NCBI GenBank assembly: GCA_012295275.1
Contig: CM022671.1
Span: 8,866,001 to 8,930,000 of the forward strand
Direction: 5' to 3'
DNA: 64,000 nt
Source: Chrysomallon squamiferum
Lineage: Eukaryota > Animalia > Mollusca
Position 1 is the stretch's first letter, and every line of letters begins with the position of its first letter. Both the position numbers and the translations under genes were made by a program. Under the pieces are notes generated by a model, which did not search any database, was not told the DNA's origin, and worked only from the letters and a program-made list of their open reading frames with translations. Below, one piece after another: positions 12,620-26,700 of the stretch.

Positions 12620-15600
12620 AATTGGAATTTTTTTTGCTGGACTGGTGTGTTAACTGTTGCGATGTTTTCAAAGTGATGTCGCTTAGCTGGTCATGTTTCT
12701 CTTCAGATATACATATACTGGCATTAATTGCTATTGATTTTTAATCGGGAGGTTCCAAACTGAGTTTGTTTTTCATGAAATGGCATCCCTCGGGAAGGTT
12801 GACCAAATTACAAAGTGTTTGATAATGACGTTTTCTCAGTGTGTGTGTTAAATTGACACTGAAGTTAGACAACAGCAAACAGTAATACTGCACATCACTT
12901 GTTATTTACCGCATATTGAGTTTTTCTATATGTTTTTCTATATGTTTTTGTATATGTTTTTGAATGTATATGTACATATGTATGTGTATATATGTATGTA
13001 TATATTTGTGTGTATATGTATTTTAGGATTTGATTAATCTCTGTTTTGTGTCTGTCTGATTGGACACTGCACACAGATAACATTCAGGAATGCTCTGGCA
13101 CTGGAGTCCAATCATGACTTCACAAACCCTGTCAAATGCAGCTGATGAGACTTGAATGTGTGGCACCCATGGGTTTATGTTCCTGTGTATCTGTCTTTGT
13201 GGGAATGTAATTATATGTGCATGTATGTATGTATTTTTGTATGTATGTGTGTGTATGTAGTATGTATGATGCATGCATGTATGTACATATTCAGTTTTTT
13301 GTATTTGCATGTTTGTGTGTGTATTCTTCTGTTTATATACATTTTTGTTAAGTTATTTATCATGTAAATACCATAAATTTGTTTTGCTTTTAAGATATAT
13401 CCCAAATGCATTAATATCTGTAATGAATTAAATATTAAAAATGCTATAAATAATATGTTGAATTTAGTGTTGCATTTAGATAATCTACTTTTCAGGGCCT
13501 CATAAAATTGAATATGTCATGAAATTCTTTATAAATATTTTGTGAAATGCACAAAAGCTTTTAACATGGGGCATCTAAGCTTCATATAGCAAAGCTAAAT
13601 CTGGCACTGATTGAATTATATGTACACATATATATATATATAGTAATAAATATCAATACTTAATATATCTAATAACTAAAATATCACACTGAGGATAAAT
13701 TATGAATATTATATTATACTATTAATGTGACATATAATGCATAAATTTTGAAACAAGAATTGATTGTATTTTATTTATCTCACTGATTACATAACATACT
13801 GGCTATATAACATATTCCTTGATAAATGTGCTAAATATATCATATTACTACAAATTAGGGAAATGATGGGATGAACCAGTTTACAGATTACTTTGGCAAC
13901 TTGTTCTTTACTTTACTCCGTGGTTGGAATTGGAAATAATTTCTCGGACTGACAAAAGTAATTATTGCTTTGCATGTGTCATTAATCTGCTATCTAAATT
14001 GCTATTCTTTTTCTGAGAAATTGGTCTTGCTGCCACGTCACACTGGAGACTGTTAATTTCACACAATCCGTTAGTAGAATTAATGAGGTGTGCGGCTGTA
14101 AATGTTAATATTTGTTCAGTTAATGGGGTTTTTCCATTTCATGCATCTGCATACCAAGGTCTGTGAATTGCTTGATGTGCAGAGATGCTTTCCTGGCATG
14201 CAGAATCAACAGTTATTTCAAAATTTGAAAGGCTGGTAATGTAAACTGAGGTCCTTGTGCTGGTGTGGTGAGGCTGTGTAGTTCTATCAGAGGGTGTCAT
14301 ATGAAATGGCATAGTGTGGATTATTGTAAATATCTGACACTCACGGGAATTGGCTTGATAATGACATGCTGTGTTATAACTGCACATTATAAATACACTT
14401 AGAAAGATAGTGGTTAAAATTGTAAGTGAAAATGGTAAACAAAATAAATGGTGTGCCACCATGCATTTTGATCGTGAATAAGTAATGTACATATTCTTGC
14501 ATATTGCATGTTGCAAGTGTCTGTTTTGTATTGCACTGCATTCTGTATATAGTATATGTTAAGTGTGAGTGGGTGTGTTTGGTTGAGAAATGCATCATCT
14601 TACAACAACATATCTGTTTGTGATCTGAAACATTTAAAATGTCTTGACGATTATTCAAATCCAAATGTCACTGATACATTTCAGCAGACTGCTATCATAA
14701 AATGGCCACAACATTACAAAAATCTGAATAATAATAGTGATAGAAAACTGCCGTTATCATTGTTTTATTAGTGTTGTCAATGGTTATGGCCGAGTTTTCA
14801 CATCAGATTAGTTAAGGGAAACATAAAAAGATGAAAATTATCATACTTCTCTGATGGTAACCTGACACTAGAATATAATTTGTAGCTGATGATAATAACC
14901 AGAACAGGCATCATCAAATTGATATTTTTGACAAACAACAGATTCTGTTGTCATTATGATATCACAGCAGATGATGGTCGTAGCATTTAAGCATTTAGAG
15001 CAATTTGCACTACTTTGCAGTAAATAGCATTTTGTTACTAGATAGGTGGTTTTGATGTCACAGGTTGTAATGTGTACATAGACATATCCATCATACATAA
15101 TGCATATAAACACACAAACACACATAATATAATAAATATAATATACACACATACACACACAAGTATTATATACATAAGTATATGCATACATACATATACA
15201 CATACAGACATGCACATATACATACATCCATATACAAGCAGGCATTAAAAGACAGATAAGTAATTAATGCCGTTTTTGGTTACTGAAGTCTAAATGTTTG
15301 TTTACAGAAATGTGTCTAATTGGCTTCCTTTATTTAAAAAAAATGAATTAACCAAATACATGCAAAAAGAAAAAATGCAAAATTGTGTTTTACTGAAAAT
15401 GTTAACAGTATTTTAAAATAATTATCGTGGTAATCATAACAGTGGTAGCAGGAATTAATATTTTTAAATTATTGGTGAGATTTTAATCAATAAATCTTGT
15501 ATGAATGGATATTTCTTCTTTGCTTTGTAAATTGTTATTAAATTAATGAAATCAAAATAGCCCAAACATGTAAACACAAATCTGAAAATTTAAATGCAAT

Positions 15601-16374
15601 AATTTTACACCTGGTATCAAATAAAAACTTAATAATGTGTGATACTTCTTTTAGTCTGTATCATTTTACCATTATATTTTTTTTTTTTAATTTAATTTAT
15701 TTTATTTTTTTTTTTTTTTTTTTTTTTTTTTTGAGGTTATCTGCGTTAGTTAAAGTGATAGTGGGAGAATGTTGAACAAAATCACTAAACAAGAGAATCT
15801 TGATAAAGCTTTTAGTCAAATCTGTCAAAACACTTTCTCACACTGTTACATGCCACAATTTGATATCCATCATGAAACAAATAATAATAATAAAAAAAAC
15901 ATCTGTTTTTAATAACTTTTGTTTAAAAAAGAAATCAAACAATTTCATCATAAAATATAAAAAGAAAAAGATTACTAAACCTGCTAATACTAATCCACAG
16001 TGAAAAAAACCCAAAAAACTTTTTTGTAAGATGATGAAGCTAATCCATAAAGAATATAATAAGACTATTGTAAAATATTAACCATGCAAATATAATTTAA
16101 CAGCAAATTATTTCTATTCTTCTCCTTTTTCCTTTCTTTTTTATTAAAAAAAAAAACAAAATGGAGATGTTTGTAATAAAGACCAATAAAATCCCATTCT
16201 TAAAGAAGAAAGAAGGGATTTGGTTTCAAATAATGCTAAATCTTGGGATTAAAACAATTCTCCTTCTTTAGATGCTGGATGAAGTGAATTAAATTTTTTT
16301 ATTTTCTTTAAAATAGACACACTGGCTACTTTTTTTTTATCATTTGTAATTCAGTTGTCAGTTAGCACAATTTT

Positions 16375-16535
16375 TCCATTAGCAAAATCTTCACATAGAC
16401 TGCAAAGCCCGTGACATAGAATCTGATAAAATATTTTGCCGCATATTTTGGAACATGAAATAGCCCAATTGGTTCACTAAGAAGGATTGATCCTGACAAA
16501 TCTCACACATCAATACTACACTTTAACCACCAAGT
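16375..16535 (-). mobile_element. Degenerate SINE-like fragment, minus strand
   Basis: ggaacatgaaatagcccaattggttcactaagaaggattgatcctg resembles gaatgagaaacagcctaatag...ggggatttgttcctg at about 23670-23715. Confidence 0.4.
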
Positions 16536-17549
16536 CAGCTCTAGTAGTCTTGTGAGAAGCATTGATCATGCAGCCTTCCATGCCTCAAGCAGTGGATTAA
16601 GTGAATAGTGGATTACAAACTGATATCAAATTACTTAGATTTTTTCAAAATTGATGGAACAAAACCAGCAGCCTGATGCATTTTTATTTTTATTATTTTT
16701 ATTAATATTATTTATTTATTTATATTTAATAAAAAAAGAGAAAAGATTTAAAAAACAACAGCCCCCCCCGAAAAAAAATGTGTGCTCTCCTAAAAACCAC
16801 AAAAAATACAAAATGAAAAGAAACATAAAAGATTTTCTGGAACTGTGTATGTGTGTATACTGGTAATTACACAGACATACATACAATCAACAAATATAAA
16901 ATACACACTAATTACACACAGTTGTTTTAAAACAATGTTTACATGATCATATAAAGTCAGTATTTTAATATATATATACATTCTTGTTGTATATATACAT
17001 ATGGTCCAGCAAATAATACATTTAAAAGAAAAAACAGTGCAACAATTAAAAATATATACTATACTGAATTTGTCTACAAAATGGTATAATATTGATAACT
17101 AAGGCATTCCTCAGTTGTTGATGTAATTCTCAATAGTTGATGTAATTCTAAAAAACCTAATGCAGTTCTCAGCAGCTGATGCAATCCCCTTTGCAGCATA
17201 AAACTTTGTTATGAGACAGCCTGAATAAATAATCTGAGAAGACATGCTTAATGGTAACAGCAGGGTTACTGTCCATTTTACACTGCTTGACATTTGCTTT
17301 GTGTTTTTAACAGCAATAATTAATATCTGAGTGAAAGTGTCCTTAAAACTAGAACATCTTTTATATATACTTTATTAAAAACCCATAAATTCTACGTTCT
17401 GACAGACTCAAAGGTTATTGTTCTGATTTATATACAGTGACATTTATGTTTGAATTTTTAATCACAATAATAATTATCAAGAGAGGAGAAGTTTCCACTG
17501 TAAAAAAGTTGAGTTCTTCATAATATTAAATTTTTCATAATGTATTCTC

Positions 17550-17920
17550 AATCATGTCAAAACTCTGGTATTAAATTTTAATAGAGCTATATTCTTTGTT
17601 ATTAAAATCTTCATAACTGATTTCCATATAATGTTAAAACTGATATTACATCTTAAGATATCATTTATACAGAGAAAGCTATATTCTTAAATTAAAATGT
17701 TCTTGATGTATTCCACATGTCAAAACTATGATCTTTGTCATTTTAAGATATCATTAATACAGAGATACCAGTATATTTCATTTTTTAGAATCATCATAAC
17801 TGACTTCCATATAATGTCATAACTCTGGTATTAAATTTTAAGATATCATTTATCCAGAGAATGCTGCATTTTTCATATTATTAAAGTCTTCATAACCAAC
17901 TCTACATAATGTCAAAAATT
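17550..17920. repeat. Degenerate tandem duplication with units of about 80-100 nt (ATGTCAAAACT...AAGATATCATT...CATAACTGA)
   Basis: Recurring atgt(c/t)a(a/t)aact, taagatatcatt and cataactga motifs. Confidence 0.6.
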
Positions 17921-20900
17921 AGAATCTACTATCTCATTTTTCTCATCAGCCTGTTATACATTTTTATATGATCTCATAGCATACACTTTGATATTCCCAC
18001 ACAGCATACCCCAGTTCCTTATATAGCACCATCCATGTACACAGATTCAGATTATCTTTATACTTTTGGTATCTCAGTGAAAAAAAAAAAGCATTGTCTA
18101 AAATGAATTAACAAATTTCATTTTTTTGTCTTCACTGAACTGAGTCTATGGTGCTGTAACCCAATCTGGAGGAAAGCCCACAGAACAAACATCCTGTTGT
18201 CTTACTTGTGTTAATGGTTATTTTTACCTCTAAGTGCTTCACTACATCTGGTGTGATGGCTGGTATTCAATTATCACCACTGAGGCAGAGTCTTTTCTCC
18301 ACTGGTCAATACCACTCCAGCATTCAGCAAAAAACCATCAATTAGCTCCACTCTTACCTGCTCAGCTGCTCTCCTCATTTCAAAATGTAATCAGAGAGCT
18401 TTTCATATACAAACTGGCATCTGTAGTGGACTCATTAATTTGTTTTGCTCTAATGAGGATTGTTGGGGTATTGTGGATTAGGAAAAGTTGTGTGGATCTG
18501 TCTTTGATGTACAGGATCTTAGCACCTTGTCACCTGTCTGTAGCAGCAGGTGCATGAGTCAGTGATGAACTGGGATTGACTGCAGCAGGAATAGCTCAAT
18601 GGCCAGAATCGTGAAAGGCCATGGTATCATTCAGGTTCCTCATCATCTTTCTGGACACAGTAGGAGCAGGTATGTGATGAATCAATGTTTGAGCACTGCT
18701 TGAATCATTATTGGCCATATAATCATTCAGCAACTCTGATCATCAGTCTACCCACAGTAGGAGCAGGTGTTTTGATCAGTGGCATGAATTGTCATTAGCT
18801 ATAGAATCATTCAGCATCCTGGTCATCTGTTTACCATGGATAGGAATTGGTGCATCAGTAATTGGCAGAACAATGGTCTGAATAATGGTTGACAACAAAA
18901 TCAGAGCTGTTCTAGAGGTTTTACCTGTTACAAAAAGTGGACACATCACTGAAACCTTTCTACCTTAGAAGAATAATTTGTAGAAAAGTTATCAGATTGG
19001 TATGATATCTGTAACTGTTCCAAAGAATTAAAAAAGATGTCTCTTGATTGGTATAAAACATGGTGATGCCAATTATTACAGATGAGTTTTGTATTCTAAC
19101 TACATAAAATAAAATAACTTTTTATGTCTGATTACTGTATGCTGTATAAAATATGTCAGGAATTTAATTAAATTAAATATAATCAATTACAAATATTTAA
19201 ACAAAAACAACACAAGCAAACAGAAAAAAGCAGAACTATATCTCAGTATTTCAAATACATTTTTAAATTCTTTACATTAAGCTTAATGGATTATGTTCAA
19301 TTTTCTTTCATAAACATAATCACCTTACTATATTTCCATAATGGAAAATCTTTAATAATAATAACTGAACAGATAATGCAAACTAGTCATCTTTCCAGTG
19401 AATATTTCTGAAAATGTTGTTCATGTTTCAAGTTGAAATTAAAATGTGACACATAAAAAAAAATTGTTTAGTTCCTGAAGTAAAATCTTCATTCATGCCT
19501 GAAAGCAGTTTCACAAAACCAAATCTAGCAAGATTCTCAATAATTAACAGAAGCTTTACAAATGTTTTATTATTTTTTATAATTCAGTTTAAAACAAGAA
19601 ATCCAACTATCACAGATATTTTATATTTTTCATTTTATTTTATTTTATCTTATTAATTTTTAATGATTGAATTTTAAAATTTTACCTGAAATTTTATTGA
19701 TTTAAAAAAAAAAAAATGTTTTTGTGTTTGTTCATTTAAATTTTTAATTTGGTTAAAGGCAATTACATTATTAACATTACTTATTGTGATGTAAAGAAAG
19801 CTGAAATATCTTACAAATATAAATGTATAATAAAGGAGCTTTTTTTAAACCATTTTAAAAAGGAAATATATTATTTGTTATTTTTTTCTACCAAGAAATA
19901 AATTTAAAAAAAATTAAAAGATGCAGAACAATAGACAGAATGATAATAGAAAAAAAAGTCAATAAATTAAAATTATAATGCTGGCAAACATTAATGAATT
20001 AAACAAGAATTATAAGTATAAAAGAAGCTCACATTACACAATATGTAAGGAAAAACAATAGTTAATTTGTAATCATGGTACAGTAATGTTTATACATGTA
20101 TTTGTAAAAAGATTAAGGTTAACTACCTTTCGATTTATGAATGAAATTTGCAAATGAAAATATAGTCATGCATTATGTTAAAAATGTTTTTTTCTTCAAA
20201 AAATAACTTGACATACTGACCTAAAAGGTTTATGTCACCAGTATCACATTACTATGAATTTTAAACCATTACAGATGCAATTAATCATAATTAAAGTTTG
20301 GTTGTTTTTATAATACTGGACTTGATGACATCACTAAAAATTTATATCATATCGGTATGAACTTCAGTACATTTAAGGTAAGCAATAGTTTTAGAATTTC
20401 AATACTAAGCAAAAACACATTTTACAAATATTTTTTGTTTTTTTATGTTTACTGAAAGGAAGAGAGCTGCTGCTTTTACTCCATAAAGTCTTCATATTTG
20501 CAGGATTAAAATTTTCTGTTCTTCAACAGCATTAAGTTTGTTACATTAAATGCATTTTGACACATGCTCTGTGCTTGCACTGCTTTTCAATGTCTTGCCT
20601 GTCTCAATCACTGGCAACAGCTCAGCCATCACTAATGAGTTTCCAGAGATCTGTAATTGACAATGCAGTAGTATTGGTCCTTTTGGGATTTCGTGTCAGA
20701 AAGCAAAGTCTTCGTTTCAATGCAGTGACCCCACAGTTACCCATCACAGAGGACGGTTGGTAATGTTCTCTAAGTCTGTTCAACATGCTGATCTTTATTA
20801 GCTTGCTGATCAGAGTGTGTGCATGGATGGGGTTTCTTAGATTGCAAATGAAGTTAGTGCACAGCTGACCTTGAGTTGAATCGTCAAATGCCAAGAAGTT

Positions 20901-21107
20901 GCAATGCAGAATAACAAACAATCTGTGAAATTACAGATAAATGTTTCCCTACAACTCTCACAGCCTCATCCGCTAATAATTATCCTGTGTAATTTATGAC
21001 TGAAATATGAATTTAAATGTGATCTGGATTACAAGTCTCTAAGGCATGAAAGATTATGAATCTATTTGCTAATCCAAATTCAGCACAAAAAAAAAAAAAA
21101 ACAAGTT

Positions 21108-21190
21108 TATCAGAGGCTGTGGTATGGATTTTCCTGTCTATGGGGAGGTATACAAAATATACACTGATGCTCTGTGATAGAGGGTAGCCA
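21108..21190 (+). mobile_element. SINE-like central-domain fragment
   Basis: tcagaggctgtggtatggattttcctgtctatggggaggtat aligns with the motifs at 6641 and 44643. Confidence 0.5.
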
Positions 21191-23454
21191 CAGGATCACA
21201 GAAAAACACATCGTGTCATTAAACCAGCCACCGACTTCTTTTAATTATCTTATTTGTTGTATATAAATATTCTCAACTGTCACTGATTAAGTGTAATTAA
21301 ATTCAGATCAGTTAATATAGTAAACAGTCCAGTTAGTGCTTTGAGGAGGACTGATCCAGCAACCTACAGTCAATATTAAACTCTGTTTAAATGTTATTAA
21401 GAGAAATAAGCATTCACTTCTTTGTGTAAAATAAAAGCTTGTGTACTGTAAAGGTTTTAAAATACCAGTTTAATCAGCTACATCATACTCAATACACCTC
21501 TTTCTTCTTCACATGCAACACAACATTTGACAAATACGTTCTAGTGATGATGTTCTGAATCTGTTTGACACATGTGCTTAAATAACTGTTATTGTTTTCA
21601 GACAGTCATACCAGAAATAACACAAAAATATTGATCACTCTTTTTATATTTAAACGTATTGAAGACCATTAAAGAGAAAAAAAATCACATATGGCCCCCC
21701 CAAAAAAAATTAAATGACAGATATTGAGGAAAAAAAAATTCCAATTTGCCAAGCATGTTCAGATGAACTGTGCTTGTGCGTGATAATCCTCCCACTCAGA
21801 TCTGTTGCAGATTGTTTATGAAGTAAACATTATACAGCTGCATCCACCCACCTTTATTTCCATGTCGAAACCTTGCTGTGCTTAATTTGCTCTTGTCAAT
21901 CATGATTCCGTTTTACATTTCTATATCTGTGCAATTTCATTTACGTAATTAGTATTTTTCTGGGGTTCTTTGACTTCTGTAACATCTCAAATAAGCCGGT
22001 GTGTAAAAAAAAAAGTTTCTTTTTTAATTTCTATGTTTTGCTGTTTAAAAAAATGAATGAAGTTAAAACCCTCTAAAAGACCAGTGTCATTTAAAGAGGT
22101 GAATCCTTTTGATAAACTTCCTTTTTAGTTTTGTTAACATTTTTATTTGAAAGTTAAACTTCCTGTTATTTTGTTTTCATTTTTTTTTTTTTCAGAATTT
22201 AAACTTCCTTTATGTTCGAATTCATTTTTAGATTTTAAAAACTTCATTTGTTTTTTGTTTTTTCTAGACTATTTAAACATTTTAAATCCATATCAAAAAT
22301 TTTCAATGTGGAATATTGGGGGCTGTTTTTACACACACACACACAGAGAAAGAAAGAATTTGAAATTACTTCTGTAGACAAATATTTTGAGTGTTGGGTT
22401 TTCTATCCTGCCTCTGAGCAAAAAATTTAATAACAGACGCTTTATGTATAGTTATTTAAAAAACAAAAAAACAACTTTATAAATATTCTTCAGTCTTCAT
22501 GAAAGATATTATGGGTGAAGTAATCTGATATTTTTGTTAGATATTTATTAATAGTTAAAGATATTGTATGGGGAATAATTTAATGTTTTGATAATATATC
22601 ATTTCTTCAGTACAGTTCTTCAATAAATATTATTTCATTTAGGGTAATTTAATGCGTTTTAAAAATATTTTTTCTTTAATATAATTCTTCAGTAAGAGAT
22701 ATTTCATATTTGGACTAATCCAACATTTTTGTTAATAAATTTCATCTACTTTTTAAATAAGAATTTTTCTTTAAGGGACTAATACTTTTATTATTAAACA
22801 TTTCTAAATTGTTTTCATAGCTATTCAATATCAGAATAAAAAGATATTTCCTTTTGATTATTATTTTTTTTAATTTTCAATCTCCGTCAGATTTTCTTTT
22901 ATTATATTTTCTTCCAGTTTTCTTCAGTCATTATTAGAAGACTTTCCTGTATTTTAGTCAATCTCTTTCTTTATTATGAATGTTTCTAAACATTTTGGAT
23001 TCTATTTTCTTTCATTTTTAAATTTAATTTAGCTTCATCTGTTGATTACAGGAAAAATCAATCTGATTTATCATTTGACATTTGAAGACTGATACTCAGG
23101 ATGATCAGACATTATTATATTAGCTGTAATTCAGTCCCAAGATGAATTTTGATAACATCTGTAGTGAATGTAAAAAAAAATCATTAATATAATTTTAGTA
23201 ATCAATATTACTTTGGATGTCTAGACAGTGAAAATTAAATTTATATGATTTTTAAAAAAAACTTTAATAACTGTGATAAACTTTGTTTTTATGATATTTT
23301 ACTGTGTAATTTTGTTCTTCTTTATGAATATTAGTGTTATTATTATTTTTTTTTTTAAGGTGAGTGAAAAGGTTAAATTAGTTCACTTAGGTTTTTCTGG
23401 GGAAAAAAGAATAAAATTTCTTCAATATTGAAGATGGGGGAAATAAAATGAACA

Positions 23455-23725
23455 TCCATTCTTCAACACATATATTTACTTTTATGGTTACTATATATCA
23501 CATCATTTTTTATATATAACTATTATATGTAAAATGGAAGATGTTGCTATTCCACTGAGTACACTCTTAATGAACAGCAAAAAGTGAATATTTATATCAA
23601 CCTTCCCCTAGACATGAAAGCACACATACATTAAGACTTCTGATAAATTAGTTAAATGAGTGTTAACTAGAATGAGAAACAGCCTAATAGAAGAAGTTAG
23701 GGGGATTTGTTCCTGTGACCAATCG
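23455..23725 (-). mobile_element. Degenerate SINE-like copy, minus strand
   Basis: The reverse complement contains tttatcagaagtc...gtatgtgtgctttcatgtctaggggaaggttgatataaatattc...ttgctg, matching the shared central motif. Confidence 0.5.
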
Positions 23726-26700
23726 TATTCGTTAAACACCACAGAACAGTTTATTAATTACATGTCACTGAAATACTCAGGCAATTGTAACTGCAGTGGG
23801 AATTAATCTGGAGGGAAATGGAATTGATCCTGTGAGCCAGTCTCATCATAACCATCAAACAGCAGGACCCAGCAACACATGAATAAAACATTTTACTTAC
23901 ACTTCAGCAAGTAAAAGCCAGTAAATGATCATTATTATTACTACTTAATTAATGAATGGGTACTTAATGACAGCTTAGACAATAACTATGGTTACCAATT
24001 GTCAATAAAAAAATATCATAAAATAATGGTGAATGATAAAGTTAAAATTAATAATAAATAAAATAGCATGATTATGGTTTTCTGCATAGAACACAATTAA
24101 ACCAGTCACTGACATGGCTTCTTTTAACTATGTTATTTGTTGATTAGTAAATTTCTCAGTTTTCACAGACTATGACATGAGTGTAATAAAATTCAGATCA
24201 GTTCAGATAGTAAATAGTCCAGTTAGTGCTTTGAACAGGATTGATCCAGCAAACTGTCATCTGTGTATCTGGACTGTAACTAATACGTTTTAGCCCATTT
24301 CCTTGAATGATTTATGTAGCAGTAGAAAATATTAACATAACTGCTGTGAAATCTTTACAAAAACCTTTACAGAAATCTTCTGTGTTATTAAATGGTTTTC
24401 TCACATTGTGATGTGTTGTGTGGACAACAATACTTAAACTGTACCATGAAAACTCTAAAATTAACAGCATGTATCACACAACTTTGACTGGTTTGAAGAA
24501 ACAAAAGTTTTTGTGATAGAATCCTTCTGATAGTTTTTGTTACAGAATTGTGACTTAAACTTGCAGTATGACAGTGATGTCACCAATAATTGAAGTTTTG
24601 ATGCATGCTAATACCTATGAAGACATCTTATTAAATTGCTGACACACACAGTCACATGCAGACACATGTATATGTGTGTGTATATATATGTTTGTGTGTG
24701 CACTTGTTTTTCTGAGGATATGTATATACACACACAGTAACTGACACACATACATAGACATTTACACAAACATATGGACAAGCATATAAACACATATATA
24801 CATAACACACACACACACACACACAAAATCTATATACATTTTAATACTGGTCCAAAATATTTTCCCAGTGTCACATTTACAGTAAGAAACAAATGAAGTC
24901 TTTGTGAATGCTAACACCTATGTTCACTCTATCAGACTCGGAAGATTGGCTAATAGTTTCACTGTCGCACAACATAAAAAGATTTGCACGGTGAATTTCG
25001 TCAATGTTTTCCTTCCCATTACATGGATCTGCTCACTGAGCAGACTCTGTTGTCTGTCAGCACGATGAGCCGTGTATCTCTGCTGCATTGATTTTCACTT
25101 TGTGGCTTCTTACCTAAGCCGTCTCAAACAGACTACTACATTTCCTCTTGAAAAACCAATACTGCTAATCTCTGAGTTAATAAACACTGAAGTCTGGTAA
25201 CATAAGTAGTGGGTGTAAAATTAAATCTCTTTCAGATGTTGCTGTTTTTACACACTTTGTTTTTAATACATTAAACTGAGTTAAAATGATATATGGAAAG
25301 TTGAAAAAGAACATTTGTATATTAATGTATTTTAGATGCTACCTTTTTGTACAGAATGTTTTTACTGTATTAAATGGAATTAAAATGATATATTTCAAAT
25401 TCAAAAAGAAGATTTATATATTTGTTTCTGTTGTTTTCACTGTATTAAAGTTAGCTGAACTGTATTTAAATTTGTTATGAAAAATCTGTTTTTTATGTTA
25501 GCATTATAGATCTTATTTTTGCTTCATTAAAGTCTAGTTAAAATGATATGTGCTTAACTCAAAAAGAAGGTTTTTATATTTTTTATATTACTATTGAATA
25601 CTGTATTTTTTTACTGAATTAAACTGAATTAATGTTAATTTTGATATTGCTGATACAGATTTGATTTCAACTAAAATGATATGTTAAGTACAAAATGGGG
25701 AGTTATTTATTTTGTATGTTACCATTGTTGATATGTTTGCTAAATTAAATTCAGGTTATAAGATAAAAAGATATATTTGAATAGAATTTTACCATTATAT
25801 TTATTTTTACAGAAACAATTGTTTTTAAAAGTAATAAGATTTATTTATTTTGAATGTTACAGAATTTTTACACACACACCACACAAACACACATACATAT
25901 ATATACATATATATATATTTATAAAATAAATATTCAAAAAGTTATATATTAAACAAAAGAAAAAATTCAATACAATATCCTGTTGATTTTTAGTTCAGAA
26001 AGTGTTTGTTTTTTAAAAATTATTTTATATCAAAATGAGTGAAAAGATTAAATGAGTTCACTAGCCCAGTAACTAATGGATTTTCACATGGGTATCTTGA
26101 GACTATTACATTTCTTTAAACACATTTTTTTTATAATCTGCTAAGATAAAATAATGGTGTTGTGGGTTTTCATATCTTTCTCTTTTTTTACAATCCATTA
26201 AGTTAGATTGATTTCACTGGGAATAGAATTTACTGCTGATTTACACTAAGTCTTAATGTGATTAAATCTAATGTCTCATAATATTTTCTTAATTCTCTTT
26301 TCTTTTTTTTATTATTACTGAAAACATATGTTCTGGATTATTTTTTTTCTTTTCCTGCTAGGGTAAAATATTACTGTCCAGGAAAATAGTTTTTTTTAGT
26401 TCATGATACAAATTAAAATGTTTTTTATTGTGAATAGCATTCATCCTCATTATTTATTTATTTATCTATCAGTCTCTCTATTTATGTATCTATCTGTCTA
26501 TCTGTCTATTTATTTATTTATTATTAATATTAATATTAATATTATTTTTATTAAAAAAACACATTTTAATTTGGCCTTGCTGAATACCATTCTCCACGTT
26601 ATTTTGAAATGGTATTAAAATTAACATATTTTTGATACATTTTGAAGAGTTGTCAGTATCTGGTATTTAGACTGAAAAAGCTTTTTTATTTTTATTTTAT

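Noticed and set aside
14139-15245. Minus-strand ORFs of up to 125 aa
   Set aside because: No recognisable motifs and partly CA/TA microsatellite; such lengths are plausible by chance in 64 kb.
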